Shown: piece after piece, positions 25,901 to 39,544 of the stretch
How positions within the stretch are numbered: the first letter of the stretch is position 1
How the letters are laid out: every line of letters starts with the position of its first letter
Source of the DNA: Octopus bimaculoides
Lineage: Eukaryota
Assembly: GCF_001194135.2 (NCBI RefSeq)
Contig: NC_068994.1
Span: forward strand, 20,652,269 to 20,716,268
Direction: 5' to 3'
Length of the DNA: 64,000 nt
The notes under the pieces: generated by a model
Databases searched by the model: none
What the model saw: only the letters and a program-made list of their open reading frames with translations
What the model was told of the DNA's origin: nothing
Made by a program: the position numbers and the translations under genes

Positions 25901-26716
25901 TCTTGATAATTGTAATGTAATTGAATTACCAAATCAAATATATATAAACCTTCCACTTTTTCTATATACTTCCTTCTTGCTTTTTCTCATCTCTCCTCAT
26001 TCAATTTTTAGTTTGTTATGCCATGTAGGCTGTGCTTGATGACTGTGTCAAGATGTCAGACATGTTATAAAACTTTGTTTGGCATGTTCTCAGCACAAGA
26101 AACTATTAGTAGCACATAAAAACATGTATTGTGTCTACTGAATAATATTTATCTCTCACCAGATGGAGTACTTTTTTTTTTTGATCTTACCATCATGGAA
26201 CAGTACATTATNNNNNNNNNNNNNNNNNNNNNNNNNNNNNNNNNNNNNNNNNNNNNNNNNNNNNNNNNNNNNNNNNNNNNNNACAAACATTTTTCATAAA
26301 ATCCATTGTTTCTAAATAATCTTTTCCATGAAATTGATGTTTTGCTCATAGGTTTGTAGTTTTCTGTGTTACTCTTGTCTCTCCTTTATATGTAGAACTG
26401 ACGATTGTCTAACTTATCTAATTTCCTAATTTTCATTTCTCTAATACAAATGTATTTTATAGGATACCTAAACTCCTTATTATCTAAGCAAGTATCATCA
26501 TCTGCATCCTTCTGTAGAAATTTTCATTTATGTCAGCTTTTTGTTCAGCTTTCTTAGAATATAAATTATTCTGATTCTTATATAAATCACCTGTTTGATG
26601 CCTATTGATTTAGCTTTGATAAATTTGGATTGCGTTTCCTTTCTTTAAGAGCTCTTTCTCAAATAGCTTTCTTAATGTTTTGATAATCCTGTCATTTTTG
26701 TATGCGTCTTTGTTCA

Positions 26717-26760
<44 letters not shown>

Positions 26761-26761
26761 T

Positions 26762-26975
26762 AAGGTGGCGAGCTAGCAGAATCATTAACATGCTGGACGA
26801 AATGCTTAGTGGTATTTTGCCTGTCGCTACATTCTGGGTTCAAATTCTGCCAAGGTCAACTTTGCCTTTCATCCTTTCGGGGTCAATAAATTAAGTACCA
26901 GTTATACTCTGGGGTTGATGTAATTGACTAGTCCCTTCCCCTCAAATTTCAGGCCTTGTGCCTTCAGTAGAAAGG
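26762..26975 (+). mobile_element. Family C SINE inserted in an (ATT)n tract
   Basis: ggtggcgagctagcagaatc...gttcaaattctgcc...gcctttcatcctttcggggtcaataaattaagtaccag. Confidence 0.85.
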
Positions 26976-27016
<41 letters not shown>

Positions 27017-27017
<1 letters not shown>

Positions 27018-27452
27018 GAAGATGTCGCACAGTATCTGATATTGTGATGTTGTAGATTGAAGATATTGTGTGTACCAGGGATTTGTACTGTCTGTCAAGT
27101 CTCAACAAAGACCTCAGACAGACAGTACTTTATGCAATATGTGTGCAGTTTCAAATAAAGCTGATCTTTGCAATCCACCAAGATTGCAGGGTATTTCCGA
27201 AATGTCCAGATGTTTCTTCAGCTTAAGTGGTATTGAACTCAATGTTCTGATGACAACAGGAACAACCTTTATGTTTGACTCCCACAGCTGCCACATTTTG
27301 GCAATCCTAATTTTCAGGTCTCCATATCTGTCTATATTTTCTTTTTCTTTCGTATGTTGATCTCCTGGCACTGCCATATTAGTTATCAAGCACTCTTGCT
27401 TGTCCCTCTTAAAGGCTACTATATCTGACCCTCGGTGCTCTTACACTTTGTC
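27017..27452 (-). mobile_element. R4/Dong-like (RLE) non-LTR retrotransposon 3' fragment
   Basis: KEKENIDRYGDLKIRIAKMWQLWESNIKVVPVVIRTLSSIP...LQRSALFETAHILHKVL; (ATT)n on both flanks. Confidence 0.75.
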
Positions 27453-27589
27453 TTATTATTATTATTGTTCAGTAGTTTTATTTTTATAACGTGCTTTCAC
27501 TTCACTACCGAGCGCAGCTCTGTGTGCCTTGGATATGTGCTGTGGTTTGCTGTGATGCTCTTATGGTTACTGTATTGAAAGTGTTGTTA

Positions 27590-27635
<46 letters not shown>

Positions 27636-29738
27636 TATTTCATGCAGTTTGAGTGATTGCATTGAGGTTTCTCTTGCTGATTTGTGTGAGAAGTGATGCA
27701 AAGAGAGATGGATTGATACCAGCTTTTCTTGGAATGTTACTTGCATAAATGAATTTTTAAAAAAAGAATTCTTTCCATAAGAAGATTTATTTCTCATCCA
27801 TAGAACTTTTTTATTACTCCATGGAAGAGAAACAGAACTTTAGCCTTTAAGATTGCCTTGCATCTGCTAGAGGCATATACCTATTCTGTGTTTACATTTT
27901 CTGTCTCTGTGTTTAGAAATATTTATGTATAGATTCACTGACATATGATACTGTGTATATGGAGTTGTTATCAGGTATCAAAAACTGATGGGAGTAGATT
28001 ACATAATGTTCGTGTGAGAATGTGTAGTGATTGGGCAACTATTAGAATTACGAGTCTCGTGATATGTGCAGTATTATATGTCAATGTAACGGAAGTAGTT
28101 TGTGAGTGTGTGTGTGTGTGTGTGTGTGTTTTGTGCAATCTCATTAACACCTCCATCACTACCAATGACAACAAACCAAATAAAGGAGCCTCTACTTTGT
28201 CTTTTGATCTGTTGGATATAGCAGCCAAATTTCCCTTTGATCACACCCTGTCGTCTTAAAAGATGGACATATTAAATAATTTGCTACTTAGTACATTATT
28301 TCTAAAAAATAAAGAGAGAGAGATGGATGGAATAGTTTAATAATTTAATGGATCAGAATTAAACTGAAATTAAGCAATACTATCTTCAATCTACTTTGTT
28401 CACCAATATAGCCATCAACAGCACAAGAACTATTTACTACCATCATCACCATTACAACAATTAGCAGTACCAGAACTGCTTACCACCGCTGCCTCTACAA
28501 CCACTTGCAGCATCAAAAGTGTTCACCACACCTACCACCAACCACTAACAACACAACAACCACTGGCAGCTCTAGGATTGCTTACCATCATCGCTGTCAT
28601 TGCAACTACTAGCAATACCAGAAGTTTACTTTGTTAATTATAGATCATTCCATATCCCTTTGCACTTTACAATAGCCATCACCTTAACCTTTACTACTCT
28701 GTTCTGTTTCATTATTTTTCCCCTGTTGCTCACCTTACCTTCTCATATACTCTGCTCTGATAATATAATCAGCAGTTCTGCCACCTGTACTTGACTGATA
28801 GGTACACAGTATTATGCGTACTGTGCAAATATACATGAAAATGACTGCAAGTTATTTGACCTTTGAGGTGGTATTATAATATCAAATCATTGCTGTTTCA
28901 CCGCTCTATCCATCTCCTTTCACCATCCTCACTACTATTTTGACCACCATCATTTCTATAAATAACCTCTCTGCTCCTTTTTACCACCTGCCTCATCCTC
29001 ACCTTCCAATACCACTATCATCATGAGGGAGCTACAATGTTATCATTCAACCAAACTAGAAATAGCAGCCAAATCTTCCTCAAATTACACCATTACTATC
29101 TTGAAGAAAAAATGCAGAACATATTGGATAATGTAGTCCTTGAAAGACTGTTTGACAATAAGACAGGATGGTCATGGTTTGAATGTCTTTGATCATAAAT
29201 CTGTTCTGTCAGGGATAACTTGGGATTAAACAAAAGCAACAACTACCATCAGTCCTAGTGTCTGGTCTCTTCAATTTACCCCTCCTGCCTCATCAAAACC
29301 AATCTGCTCCTCAGCAACTCACTCAGAGATGCTAGCTTCCAAAATAGCAGTTAATTATGACAAATACGCCACCACTACCACAACTGACACTGCAACTTAC
29401 TGGAAATAGCACCAAATATCTCTCAAATTCCATCTTACTATCTCTAAAAAAATATAGGCCATATTGAATAGTGTAGACTTAGAAGGACTGTTTAAATGAA
29501 AAGAAAAAAAAAAGTTGGTCATAACTGGAATACTTTTTTCATAGATTGATTGTTACTGACTGGGGACTAAATAACAGCTAACATTTATGGACAGTGAATT
29601 GATAGAGTCAGTAGAGTATCAGACAAAATGCTTTCCAAATTTATTCCAGCTTCATGCATTCTGAGTTTTTTTAATATTTTTTTTATAGAAATATATTGTT
29701 ACACTGAATTATTTCATGCTGTTTTCTGAAAAGTTTTT

Positions 29739-30306
29739 GGATCTTTTTTAAAACGGGGGCCACATTTTTCATTAACGAAACACTTTGAAACTTGGAACAC
29801 TGGTAGAATGTGTCATATAAAACATCTTTTTCTCTTAGTCTTCTTTAAAAAAAAAGAAATCCATAAGTTATTCCATGTTAAAGTTGTCGTATTTCTGTAA
29901 TTTCAACCAATCACTGACGTCCATTCAGCCGATATACATTAAGTGCCGACTACATAAACAAACGATTCTGAAACAATTAACCCTAACCCTAACCCTAGGG
30001 TTAGGGTTAGGGTTAAAGCAAATTTAAAATGAAAAAAGCAAATAAAACGAAGGTATGGAGATTAAATACGCTTTACATCGCTTAATAAGCCAAAGGAGTA
30101 AATGTAAACAACTGAATACTTGTCAGTGATTGGTTGAAATTATCGAAATAAGACAATTTTTTACATGAAATAAATTCGAATACAAAAATATTTTTCTGTT
30201 CTATAACACAAAATAGATAAGTATACGAAGTTTGAAAGTCTTTCTGTACCAAAAACACTACGTAAAACATTAATGAAAAATGTGGCCCCCGTTTTAAAAT
30301 AGATCC
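29739..30306. mobile_element. Non-autonomous DNA transposon, ~36-bp TIR, 8-bp TSD, central telomeric palindrome
   Basis: TIR GGATCTTTTTTAAAACGGGGGCCACATTTTTCATTAA and its near-perfect reverse complement. TSD AAGTTTTT at 29731-29738 and 30307-30314. Confidence 0.9.
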
Positions 30307-30374
30307 AAGTTTTTAAATAGTTACCTACTATTTATTAACTATCGACAATTTACTTTATCTACATATAATTTAAC

Positions 30375-30602
30375 CTGGTTGTTCTCAACCAGGGTCCATA
30401 TGGCCTTTGGGGGTCCGTATAAGATTTTGTTGGTTATATATCTCCAATACATAAAATATTTTAATAATTATTATACAATTCCTAGTAATATTTCATCAAA
30501 TTATAATAGTATTTTTTTAACTTTGAATGGCTTGGAGGGTCCGACCAAGTAAGATAGGAATTAAAGGGGTCCATGGGTAAAAAAAATGGTTGAAAAACAT
30601 TG
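30375..30602. mobile_element. hAT-type MITE (same family as 5337)
   Basis: gttctcaacc...tggttgaaaaacattg ends with the shared internal sequence. Confidence 0.7.
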
Positions 30603-31299
30603 ATAGAAACCCTTTAACTCTGAAATTAAATTTCATAGTTATTCCACAAATGATAAATGTCTACCAAAAAAATAGGGTTGGTATTTTCTGCAACCCATGC
30701 TGCTTCAGTATATCTCAACTAAAAATAGTTTCAAACATGTCATTCCTCCACAAAAGATAGATTGGTATATAATACCACTTTCCACGGTAAGGGAAATGAA
30801 ATTTTGAGTGGACATATATTACTCCCATTGTAAAATACATTTTCTATGTAGCTCTGAGTTTCTTTTACCTCAGCATCACAGAGAATTGTAAACTCTGATA
30901 AAAATTGATGAATTCGAAATTGCTGTCAATTCAATATCTATACCATGCTGCCAAAAGCTTGAGGTATATCTCTCCATGATTCATTTCACAGCAAATTTCA
31001 ATATAATTCTAAACATAAATATATTCTTACTTATCTGAACAGTTAAGTTTTCATAATGAGCTAGTACAGTTGTAGTTTTTTCAGAGTTCAAAAGTCCCTG
31101 GAGACCAGCTATACCTTTTAAATGTCAAATATATTGTTTGCACTATTTCCCCCATAAAAATTTATATCATTGTAACTGTGGTGGGAAAAAAACACTTGAC
31201 TTAATACAGAGACAGGGAGATGTGTGATGATTGAGTCTGAGAAAGTTTGAGCATGCACTAGTGAAAGCCATATGCATCAGAATAGAGTTACACATCATC

Positions 31300-31880
31300 A
31301 ACATCATCATTGTTTAGCATTCATTTTCCATGCTGGCATGGGTTAGACGGTTTGGACGGAACTGGGAAGCTGGAGAGCTGCATCAAGCTCCAGTCCATTT
31401 TGGCTTGGTTTCTATGGCTGGATGCCCTTCCTAACCCCAATCACTCCATAGAGTGGAACAGGTGCCTTTAATGTGTCACTAACATGAGTGCCTTTCACGT
31501 GTCAGTGGCAAGGGTGCCTTTTGTGTGTCACTGGCATAGGTGCCTTTTATGTATTACCAGCACATGTGCCTTTTATGTATCACTGGCACATTTACCTTTT
31601 GCATGTCACCAGCACTGGCCATGGCTATGATTTCCCTTAGCTTGACGTGTCTTCTCAAGCACACCAAATCACCAAAAGTCTCAGTCACCTATCATCATCT
31701 CCATGAGACTCAACATCCAAAGATCATATTTCATCACCTCATCCCACGTCTTCCTAAGTCTGTCTCTCTTCCACAGGTTCCCTCCACAGTTAGAGACTGG
31801 CACTTCTTTATGCCTCATCCATATGCATCACATGGCTGGTCTTTAAATCTAAATAAATGTGGAAGGAATGGCTTATCTCC
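31300..31880 (-). mobile_element. RTE LINE 3' end (same family as 1-2039)
   Basis: (CAT)n tail, ggatgcccttcctaacc, short gcacc repeats and ORF2 C-terminal remnant. Confidence 0.75.
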
Positions 31881-31929
31881 TCCAGTAAGTCAAGTGCTAT
31901 ATGTGTGTTGTGAGAGTGCAGAATAGTAG

Positions 31930-33400
31930 AAGTAGATATCGTCAGTGGCGGCATTTTATCGTGTCTTTGATAATTTATTTGGCTTCTTCTTGATCACTTT
32001 TCCCCCTCTGTCAGTGTTTATGCCTCTGATAACTGAAGAGGCCAATTCTTGCCTGGAAGCAAAGTTCACAAAGGATCCATGGTGGAGGCTTTGGCTGTTA
32101 CAGCCTCCATTTTCTTTCTTGTCGTTTTTCTTCTTCTTTCTTCTGTTGTTCAGCTTCAAAATAATCTGTCACTGTGGAAATGAAATGATGCCAGCCGGGC
32201 CTGTCCTGAGCTTCAATGTCCCCGGCTTTGGGATTGATTCCAGTCAGTTTTAGGCTTTGCTTCAGCTGGTCCTTGTATTGAGGGATGGGGCAGCCATGGA
32301 GTCTTCTTCCAGTGGAAAGTTCACCATATAAAATTTGACAAAGCAGCCTGGTCTCTTTCATTCTTGCTACATGGCCCGCTCATCTCAGACAATTTTCAGG
32401 ATGGTGGCCTTGATGCTGCTGCTTTTAGTTCTCTCCAAAATAGAGACAAAGTCACATAGTCATTCCATTTGATATTCATAATAGAGCGGAGCTTCCGTTG
32501 ATGAAATCACTCTAGTTTTTTTTTATATCACTTCGGTAAAGAGTGCAGGTTTCGAAACCATAGAGGAGAGTGGAGATCACAACTGCTTGGTAGACACTCA
32601 ATTTTGTTTGGTGGTTAAGATCTTTGTTCTTAATGACTCTTTTTGCAAATCCACCAAATATGGTATAAGCTACTCTTAATCGGTTCTCCATGTCCTTTTC
32701 CAATGTGCACTTGTTCGAAAGCAAACTTCCTAAGTATGAAAAGTGATCGACTTTCTCCAGTGGCATCTCTGAGATGATAATGTTGAGGTCTGGAGTTTCC
32801 TGACTTAGAATGGGTTGTGCCAAGATTTTTGTCTTTTTGATGTTGACTTTTAGGCTAAACTGAGTGTAAGCATTGGTGAAGTTATTCACCGATTGTTGAA
32901 GCTGTTTACTGGAGTGGCAGCCAGGTGCTTTGTCATCAGCATACTGAAGTTCAGTGATCTTTTGCTGGTCAGTCTTTGTGACTTCAATCTGGCATGGTTG
33001 AAACATCACCCATCATATCAGTACCTAATGTTGACTCCTGGATTGTCCGAAGGCAGTTCATGAAACATTACTGCAAGGTACAGGGAGAAAAGTGTTGGGG
33101 CCAAAACACATCCTTGTTTTAATCCTCCAGTGATGGGGAAGTCTTCAGACAGTTAGTTTTGATGGAAGATTGTTCCAGTCATACCATCATGTAATCCCTG
33201 TACTAGGGAAATGAACTGATTGGGGCAGCCAAAGTGTTGGAGGACATTGCACATTGCAGGCCTTGGGATGGCATCAAAGGCCTTTTTGAGGTCGTAGAAA
33301 ACAAAATAGAGAGGTTTTTGTTGTTCTCTACTCTTGTATTTGTCAAGCACAAAAGATCATGTCAGTTGTCCCTCTGGATGGTTGAAATTCACCTTGGTTT
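31930..33400 (-). mobile_element. RTE (BovB-like) LINE ORF2 pseudogene, RT to C-terminus
   Basis: YDLKKAFDAIPR, GLKQGCVLAPTLF, ELQYADD, KVNIKKTKIL, VDHFSYLGS, STLLYGFET, ILYGEL; stops and frameshifts. Confidence 0.9.
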
Positions 33401-33489
33401 TTGGATTTCAATTCTGTTTTCTGTTGTGGTGGGTGGGTTTTCTTGAGTTCAGCAATAATACCTCAATATGTAATCAGCTGGTTGTTAAG

Positions 33490-33850
33490 AAATTTAGGTG
33501 TAGATGAAGAGTTTGGTTCATGCTTCTACTGAGATGCAGTCAACGAAGCAAGAGTTAACAATGAATTCACTGGATTTAGCCTTGGTGTTCATCAAGATTT
33601 AGATCTCACTTCCCTCTATATGCATAATAAAGAGGCAACTGAGAGAAAGCAAGATGGTTTGGACATGTAATGTGTGTGAATGATAGCAGACAAGTAAAGA
33701 AGTACTAGGAAATCCAAATGGAAAGGAGACTGTGGAAGAGGCAGAATAAATAAATGGGCAGAAGTGGCAAAAGCTAATCTGAGGATGTTACACTTCACAA
33801 AAGAGATGACGAAGGAATGCAATATGTAGCAAGATGCTGTGTTGGAGGGG
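33490..33850 (+). mobile_element. Internally deleted RTE remnant
   Basis: LGVDE, GVHQ and WFGHVM-like segments. Confidence 0.5.
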
Positions 33851-35354
33851 ACCCAACCCATGCAAACATAGAAAAGTGGACATAAAAATGATGAAAACAC
33901 ACATACATGCACACACGTACGCACACACACACATACGTACGCACACACACACACCAGGCGCACACACACACACATTCAAGTAAGCATTTTATTACTATCA
34001 AAATATTTTTACATATTGTCTTATAGTGATAACATTTTTAACACTTAACTTTATTAATAAACTAAGAATTTACTCATGCTACATACCTCAAATAGAAATA
34101 CAGTGAAATAGCATTTATACCTTTCCATGATCAATGTTGTAAGTAAATTTATAAAGAATTAGAAACTCTCTGGAAATTGTCTCCCACTACACATCATAAA
34201 ACCAGAGTTGGTTCCTTTTTATAAGAGAGAAATATGAATTTGGCAAATTCATGTTTCTCCTATAAAGAAATTAGAGACTTTTGATAGTTTTTTTTTTTCT
34301 TCAAGGAGTAAAATGGCTAAATTTATGTTATGGGTTAATGTGATTGTGGAGCATCATATTTCTCAGGAGCATTGGCAGTGTAAGCAAAGTACTTAGCATT
34401 AATAGTTGATGGCTTTAAGAGAAAAGAGCTGTGCAGTTGTATTATTAAATCTTTTACCAAGATTATTAATGAAGGTTAAGTGAAGTATATTCATTTGAGT
34501 ATTGAAACTGAATTACTGACTCAGCTCACCAAGAAAAAAGTTTGTACTTTGAATGGAATGTCACAGAGTTTTAGGTAAGTAAAATACGACTGTGTGATGT
34601 TCAAAAGCACTAGCAAGATAAATGAAAAGAAGTATGAAGATAAACTGAGAAACAGAGATATGTAAAAGGAACCTTTACACAGCCCTTGGCCTGCTGGAAA
34701 TAGCTGCTGAATCTCCCTCATATCACATCCTATTGTCTTACAAATGGAAAGTCACATTAAATAAGGGAGTCCTAGGTACACTGCGTCTGAAAATAAAGAT
34801 GGGATGACCACAGTTTAGAATGTCTGTGCTCATAGACTTGCTGATTGTGCTTGACTAGGGGGCTAAACAACAAGAGTAAGCAGCATTTTTGTAAGGGATT
34901 GGATATGGTACAAGTCTATCAGTATGTAGGATATATTTATTGTTGTTAGATTCAATTGTAGTACATGGCTGGTACTTATTTTATCAGCTTGAAAGGCATG
35001 AAAAGTAAAGTTAACTTCATTAGGATTTGAACTATTTTTAATGTGGTCTAAACCATTGTTCCTCATGGGAGGAGGGCTCCTGTGAGGATTGAAACAGGGG
35101 TGGATGAATTACTATGTTTAATGAAATTAATGTGGTTTAAGTTATTAAACTTATTTGGCACTGATACAAAGAAGAATTATATGAATCCAAACTCTATTTG
35201 AGGGTGCAGGTTAAAAATTTCACGTCTAGTGGGGTGTGGGGAGAGCAGCCAGTTTTGGTCAGTTTGAGAGCCACTGCTATAAGCTCCATTGATAATCTTC
35301 CTTTTGCTGTTGTTATCAGCTAAGAGCAATAACAGAAACAAGACTATCAATGAA

Positions 35355-35775
35355 GTTTAGGCATGGCTGTGTGGTAAGAAGCTTGCTTCCCAACCACATG
35401 CTTCCAGTTCAGTCCCACTGTGTGGCACCTTGGACAAGAGTCTTCTGTTATAGCCTCTGGCCAACCAAAGCCTTGTCAGTGGATTTGGTAGATAGAAACT
35501 GAAAGGAGCCTGTTGTATATTTACATACATATCTGTGTGTTTGTGTCTTTGTGTCCTCATTTGTCTCCACCACCACTACCACCACTTGACAACTGGTGCT
35601 TGTGTGTTTATGTCCCTGTAACTTGGTTTGGCAAAAGAGACTGATAGAAAAGGTATCAGGCTTAAAAGAAAAGTAAGTACTGGGGTTAATTCATTCAAAT
35701 AAAAAGAAGATTCCTCAAGGCAGTGCTCCAGCATGGCTGCAGTCTAATGACTGAAACAAGTAAAAGATAAAAGAT
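35355..35775 (+). mobile_element. Family B SINE, full length, CpG-decayed
   Basis: A-box TGGCTGTGTGG, B-box-like GTTCAGTCCC, 3' gaaacaagtaaaagataaaag. Confidence 0.9.
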
Positions 35776-36284
35776 AGAAGATACTGTAAGAAGACCATTA
35801 CTGAGTTACAAATGAATTGGATCTTGTAAATCCAAAGTCATGATTGTCAATGAGCCATCAGTTCTGGACTTTGAGAATAAATCTCATATTATGGAGCTGA
35901 AAAACCACAAAAGGAAAATATAAAAACATGCAAGGAAGCCTATGAGTCAGTCAAACTGGCATTCATACATGCATGCACATGCATGCAATGTCGGACATTC
36001 ATTCACTCTCTCTTTATTTAATATATAAATGCACATTGTTTTCTATTCATTAATTTATTCATGCAATTACACCCCGTCCAAAACACACACACACACACAC
36101 ACANNNNNNNNNNNNNNNNNNNNNNNNNNNNNNNNNNNNNNNNNNNNNNNNNNNNNNNNNNNNNNNNNNNNNNNNNNNNNNNNNNNNNNNNNNNNNNNNN
36201 NNNNNNNNNNNNNNNNNNNNNNNNNNNNNNNNNNNAACCCTCAGATATAAGGTGACTTTTGAGAGTCAATAATAATAATAATCA

Positions 36285-37230
36285 TAATGATTTCAAATTT
36301 TGGCACAAAGCCAGCAGTTTGTGGGGAGAGGTTAAGTTAATTACATTGATCCCAGTGTCAACCACAGTGGAATTTGAACTCAGAACATGAGGACAGACAG
36401 AAATGCTGCTAAGCATTTCACCCGGCATGCAAACAATTCTGCCAGCTTGGTGCTTTAATAATAATGATGCAGTGGCTCTCATGGTTTCTGATCTTAACTG
36501 ATTGGAAGTGTTATCATGTACCAAGTTTTGTCTTGGTATAAAAGATGGGCTACAGCAAATATTCTGCTTAATACCACAGATCTGCTTGTCAGTTGCTTGA
36601 TCTTAACCGGTTGAGCATGTCACTTAGTAGTTGACAATATGTGCATCTTTGATCACAAGCAAGAGTAGTGGTGGAGTTTCATAACCATGTTTTGAGAGGA
36701 ATTCTTTGGGGTTTGGATAATTCAGCTTTGGAAACATGAGTTTTTCATTCATCATCCTTTAACAAATCTTTTGAGTAGGGGACCTTTTGAACAGAATTGG
36801 CTACTCAACCTGAAGAAAATTCTAACTGAGCTCCACCTGCAAGGTCATACATTGTTTATCTTGATATGAGATCACCATGTCACACACACATGGCTGTGAT
36901 GCAGGTGCCTGGTGTACTCTTATCAGGTGAGTAGTCATGATGGGTGTATTTGTATCCCAGTGTCACTTTGATTGTTTGTGTTGCTCTCCCACTCAATAAT
37001 AATAATAATAATAATAATGGTTTCAAATTTTGCCACAAAGGCAGCAATTTGGGAGGAGGGGATGAGTCAATTACATCAACCTCAGTGTTCAGCTGGTACT
37101 TATTTTATTGACTCCGAAAGGATGAAAGGCAAAGTCGACCTTGGTGGAATCTGAACTCATAATGTAAAGACAAACGAAATGCTGCTAAGCATTTTGCCCA
37201 TTGTGCTAATGATTCTGCCAGCTCACCACC

Positions 37231-37268
<38 letters not shown>

Positions 37269-37470
37269 TTCAGACTTAGAAATTGTGAGGGAAGAGGTTA
37301 GTCAATTTAATCAACCTCATTACTTCATTCGTACTTATTTTACAGTCCTTGCAAAGATGAAAAGCAAGGTTGACCTAAATGGGATTTGAACTCAGAATGT
37401 AAAGAACTGGAATTAATACTGCAAAGCATTTGTTCCATGCCTCAATGATTCTGCCAGTTCATTGACCTTT
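36285..37470 (-). mobile_element. Three family C SINE copies (~36285, 37015, 37270) plus one family F repeat, each SINE next to (AAT)n
   Basis: Repeated gatgaaaggcaaagtcgacc...gaatttgaactcagaa...aaatgctgctaagcatt. Confidence 0.8.
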
Positions 37471-38131
37471 AGTAATCCACTGGCTTTTAATAATTTCTAA
37501 TTTTGGCACTAGGTCAGTATTTTTTGTAAAGCCCTGCACTTACTCTATCTATCTCTTCTTCTTAAATGCAGGACATTATATTAAAATAATTTTGACAAGC
37601 ATTTTGTAGTGTATGGACTTTATTCCCAAAATGTAAATGATGAAATACAACATAAATTTTTAAATATCATATGTATGTGTAATGCAAATATCAGGCATAG
37701 ACATGTGCGCCCCCATACACACATATGCCAATATACAATGTATATAAAACTTTGCAGTGGTGAATTGACTCAGTTTTCAGACATTTGGATAGAATGCCAA
37801 GCAGTTTTTTTCCAGCTGTCAGATGCCTTTCATATTTTGGGCGTGAATTAAAAAAAATGTATCAGCCTAGAGCAGTATATAAATGAAACTGTTAGAGCAT
37901 TGGAAGAAACGCCTTTGCAGTGTCTGTGCCAGCGCTGTTCATTGTGAATTCAAATTTCACTTCCTTTCACAAACATCCCAGTGGTGGGGAATAGGTCTTT
38001 CAGGATCTGACTAATGAGTGAGAGATCTTCAATATCAGACAGTGATGCATGATTGAAGCAACATGTCAATCACATCTAATCAATAAAACAAGTGGATTGT
38101 GTTCAAAGAAGAATAAACACCAAACCAGACC

Positions 38132-38328
38132 TGTATGTATGTATGTATGTATGTATGTATGTATGTATGTATGTATGTATGTATGTATGTATGTATGTAT
38201 GTATGTATGTATGTATGTATGTATGTATGTATGTATGTATGTATGTATGTATGTATGTATGTATGTATGTATGTATGTATGTATGTATGTATGTATGTAT
38301 GTATGTATGTATGTATGTATGTATGTAT
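38132..38328. repeat. (TGTA)n tetranucleotide microsatellite, ~49 units
   Basis: Direct reading; source of the MYVC and IHTY ORFs. Confidence 0.98.
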
Positions 38329-38329
38329 T

Positions 38330-38610
38330 GAGTCTCCATCTTGGATTGTATTTTATCCAAGATGGTGATATGGAGATGAACACCAGCATCTCAAGATACT
38401 GACTTGAATAATTGTTGAGGGATATCTCTCTCAACATGAAACCAATGGTAGTCATCGCTCAACAATAATTTGAGTCTGTACCTTGGAACATTCGTGTTTG
38501 TCTTCATCTTAGATTTTGTTTTATCCAAGATAAACACCAACGACCCAAGGTACAAACTTGAATAATTGTTGAGAGACTTCTCTCTCAACATGAAACCAAT
38601 GGTAGTCTGA
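38330..38610. repeat. Duplicated unit with nested hairpins
   Basis: Two copies of catctt.gatt.t.ttttatccaagat...cttgaataattgttgag...ctctctcaacatgaaaccaatggtagtc. Confidence 0.7.
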
Positions 38611-38953
38611 TTACCCCATGAATAAAGAATATTTATCCCCCAATGCAGTGTTCAGCATTCATTCTCAGTGTTCAATATTTATTTATATATATATATATAT
38701 ATNNNNNNNNNNNNNNNNNNNNNNNNNNNNNNNNNNNNNNNNNNNNNNNNNNNNNNNNNNNNNNNNNNNNNNNNNNNNNNNNNNNNNNNNNNNNNNNNNN
38801 NNNNNNNNNNNNNNNNNNNNNNNNNNNNNNNNNNNNNNNNNNNNNNNNNNNNNNNNNNNNNNNNNNNNNNNNNNNNNNNNNNNNNNNNNNNNNNNNNNNN
38901 NNNNNNNNNNNNNNNNNNNNNNNNNNNNNNNNNNNNNNNNNNNNNNNNNNNNN

Positions 38954-38989
<36 letters not shown>

Positions 38990-39544
38990 CACACACACAC
39001 ACACACAAACATGCACATACTGTAGACTTTCTTGTTGCATTTCAGGGTGTCAAAGAATTTTACCTTTTTTTTCCTCCTTTTCCTTTCTCTTTTCAAGATG
39101 ATCTTGATAAAAAGTGGAATGAGCAAATCCCTTAGACAACCCACACAGTGACTTGCTTGAAGTGGTAATGACTTTTGTGGGATCATTCATACATTTTGCT
39201 ACTACTGATAGTAACAGATGTTGCAAGTATGCCATGAGACTGATGAACAGCAGACCTCAATTGGATGGTTGTTGACTTTCATGATTTCCTCTGCCCTTTG
39301 AATGGTCTTGTTTTTCATCTTATTGGGTGTTCAATAATCACTCTCCTCACCAAGCAAGCTTGGCAGAGTTGCCGCTCTAGCTGCCAATGACCTGACCATA
39401 TGACAGGTTGTACTAGGTTACATGTTACCAGTAGCACTTGTAAATAATGTATAAATATCATTTTAAAATATATACATATACAAAACTCTTTTATAATACT
39501 GTACTAGTGTATGGTGATCTTCATTTTCTGCTGGTACCTTTCAG

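Noticed and set aside
38049-38455. Long ORFs of MYVC and IHTY repeats
   Set aside because: They are translations of the (TGTA)n microsatellite.
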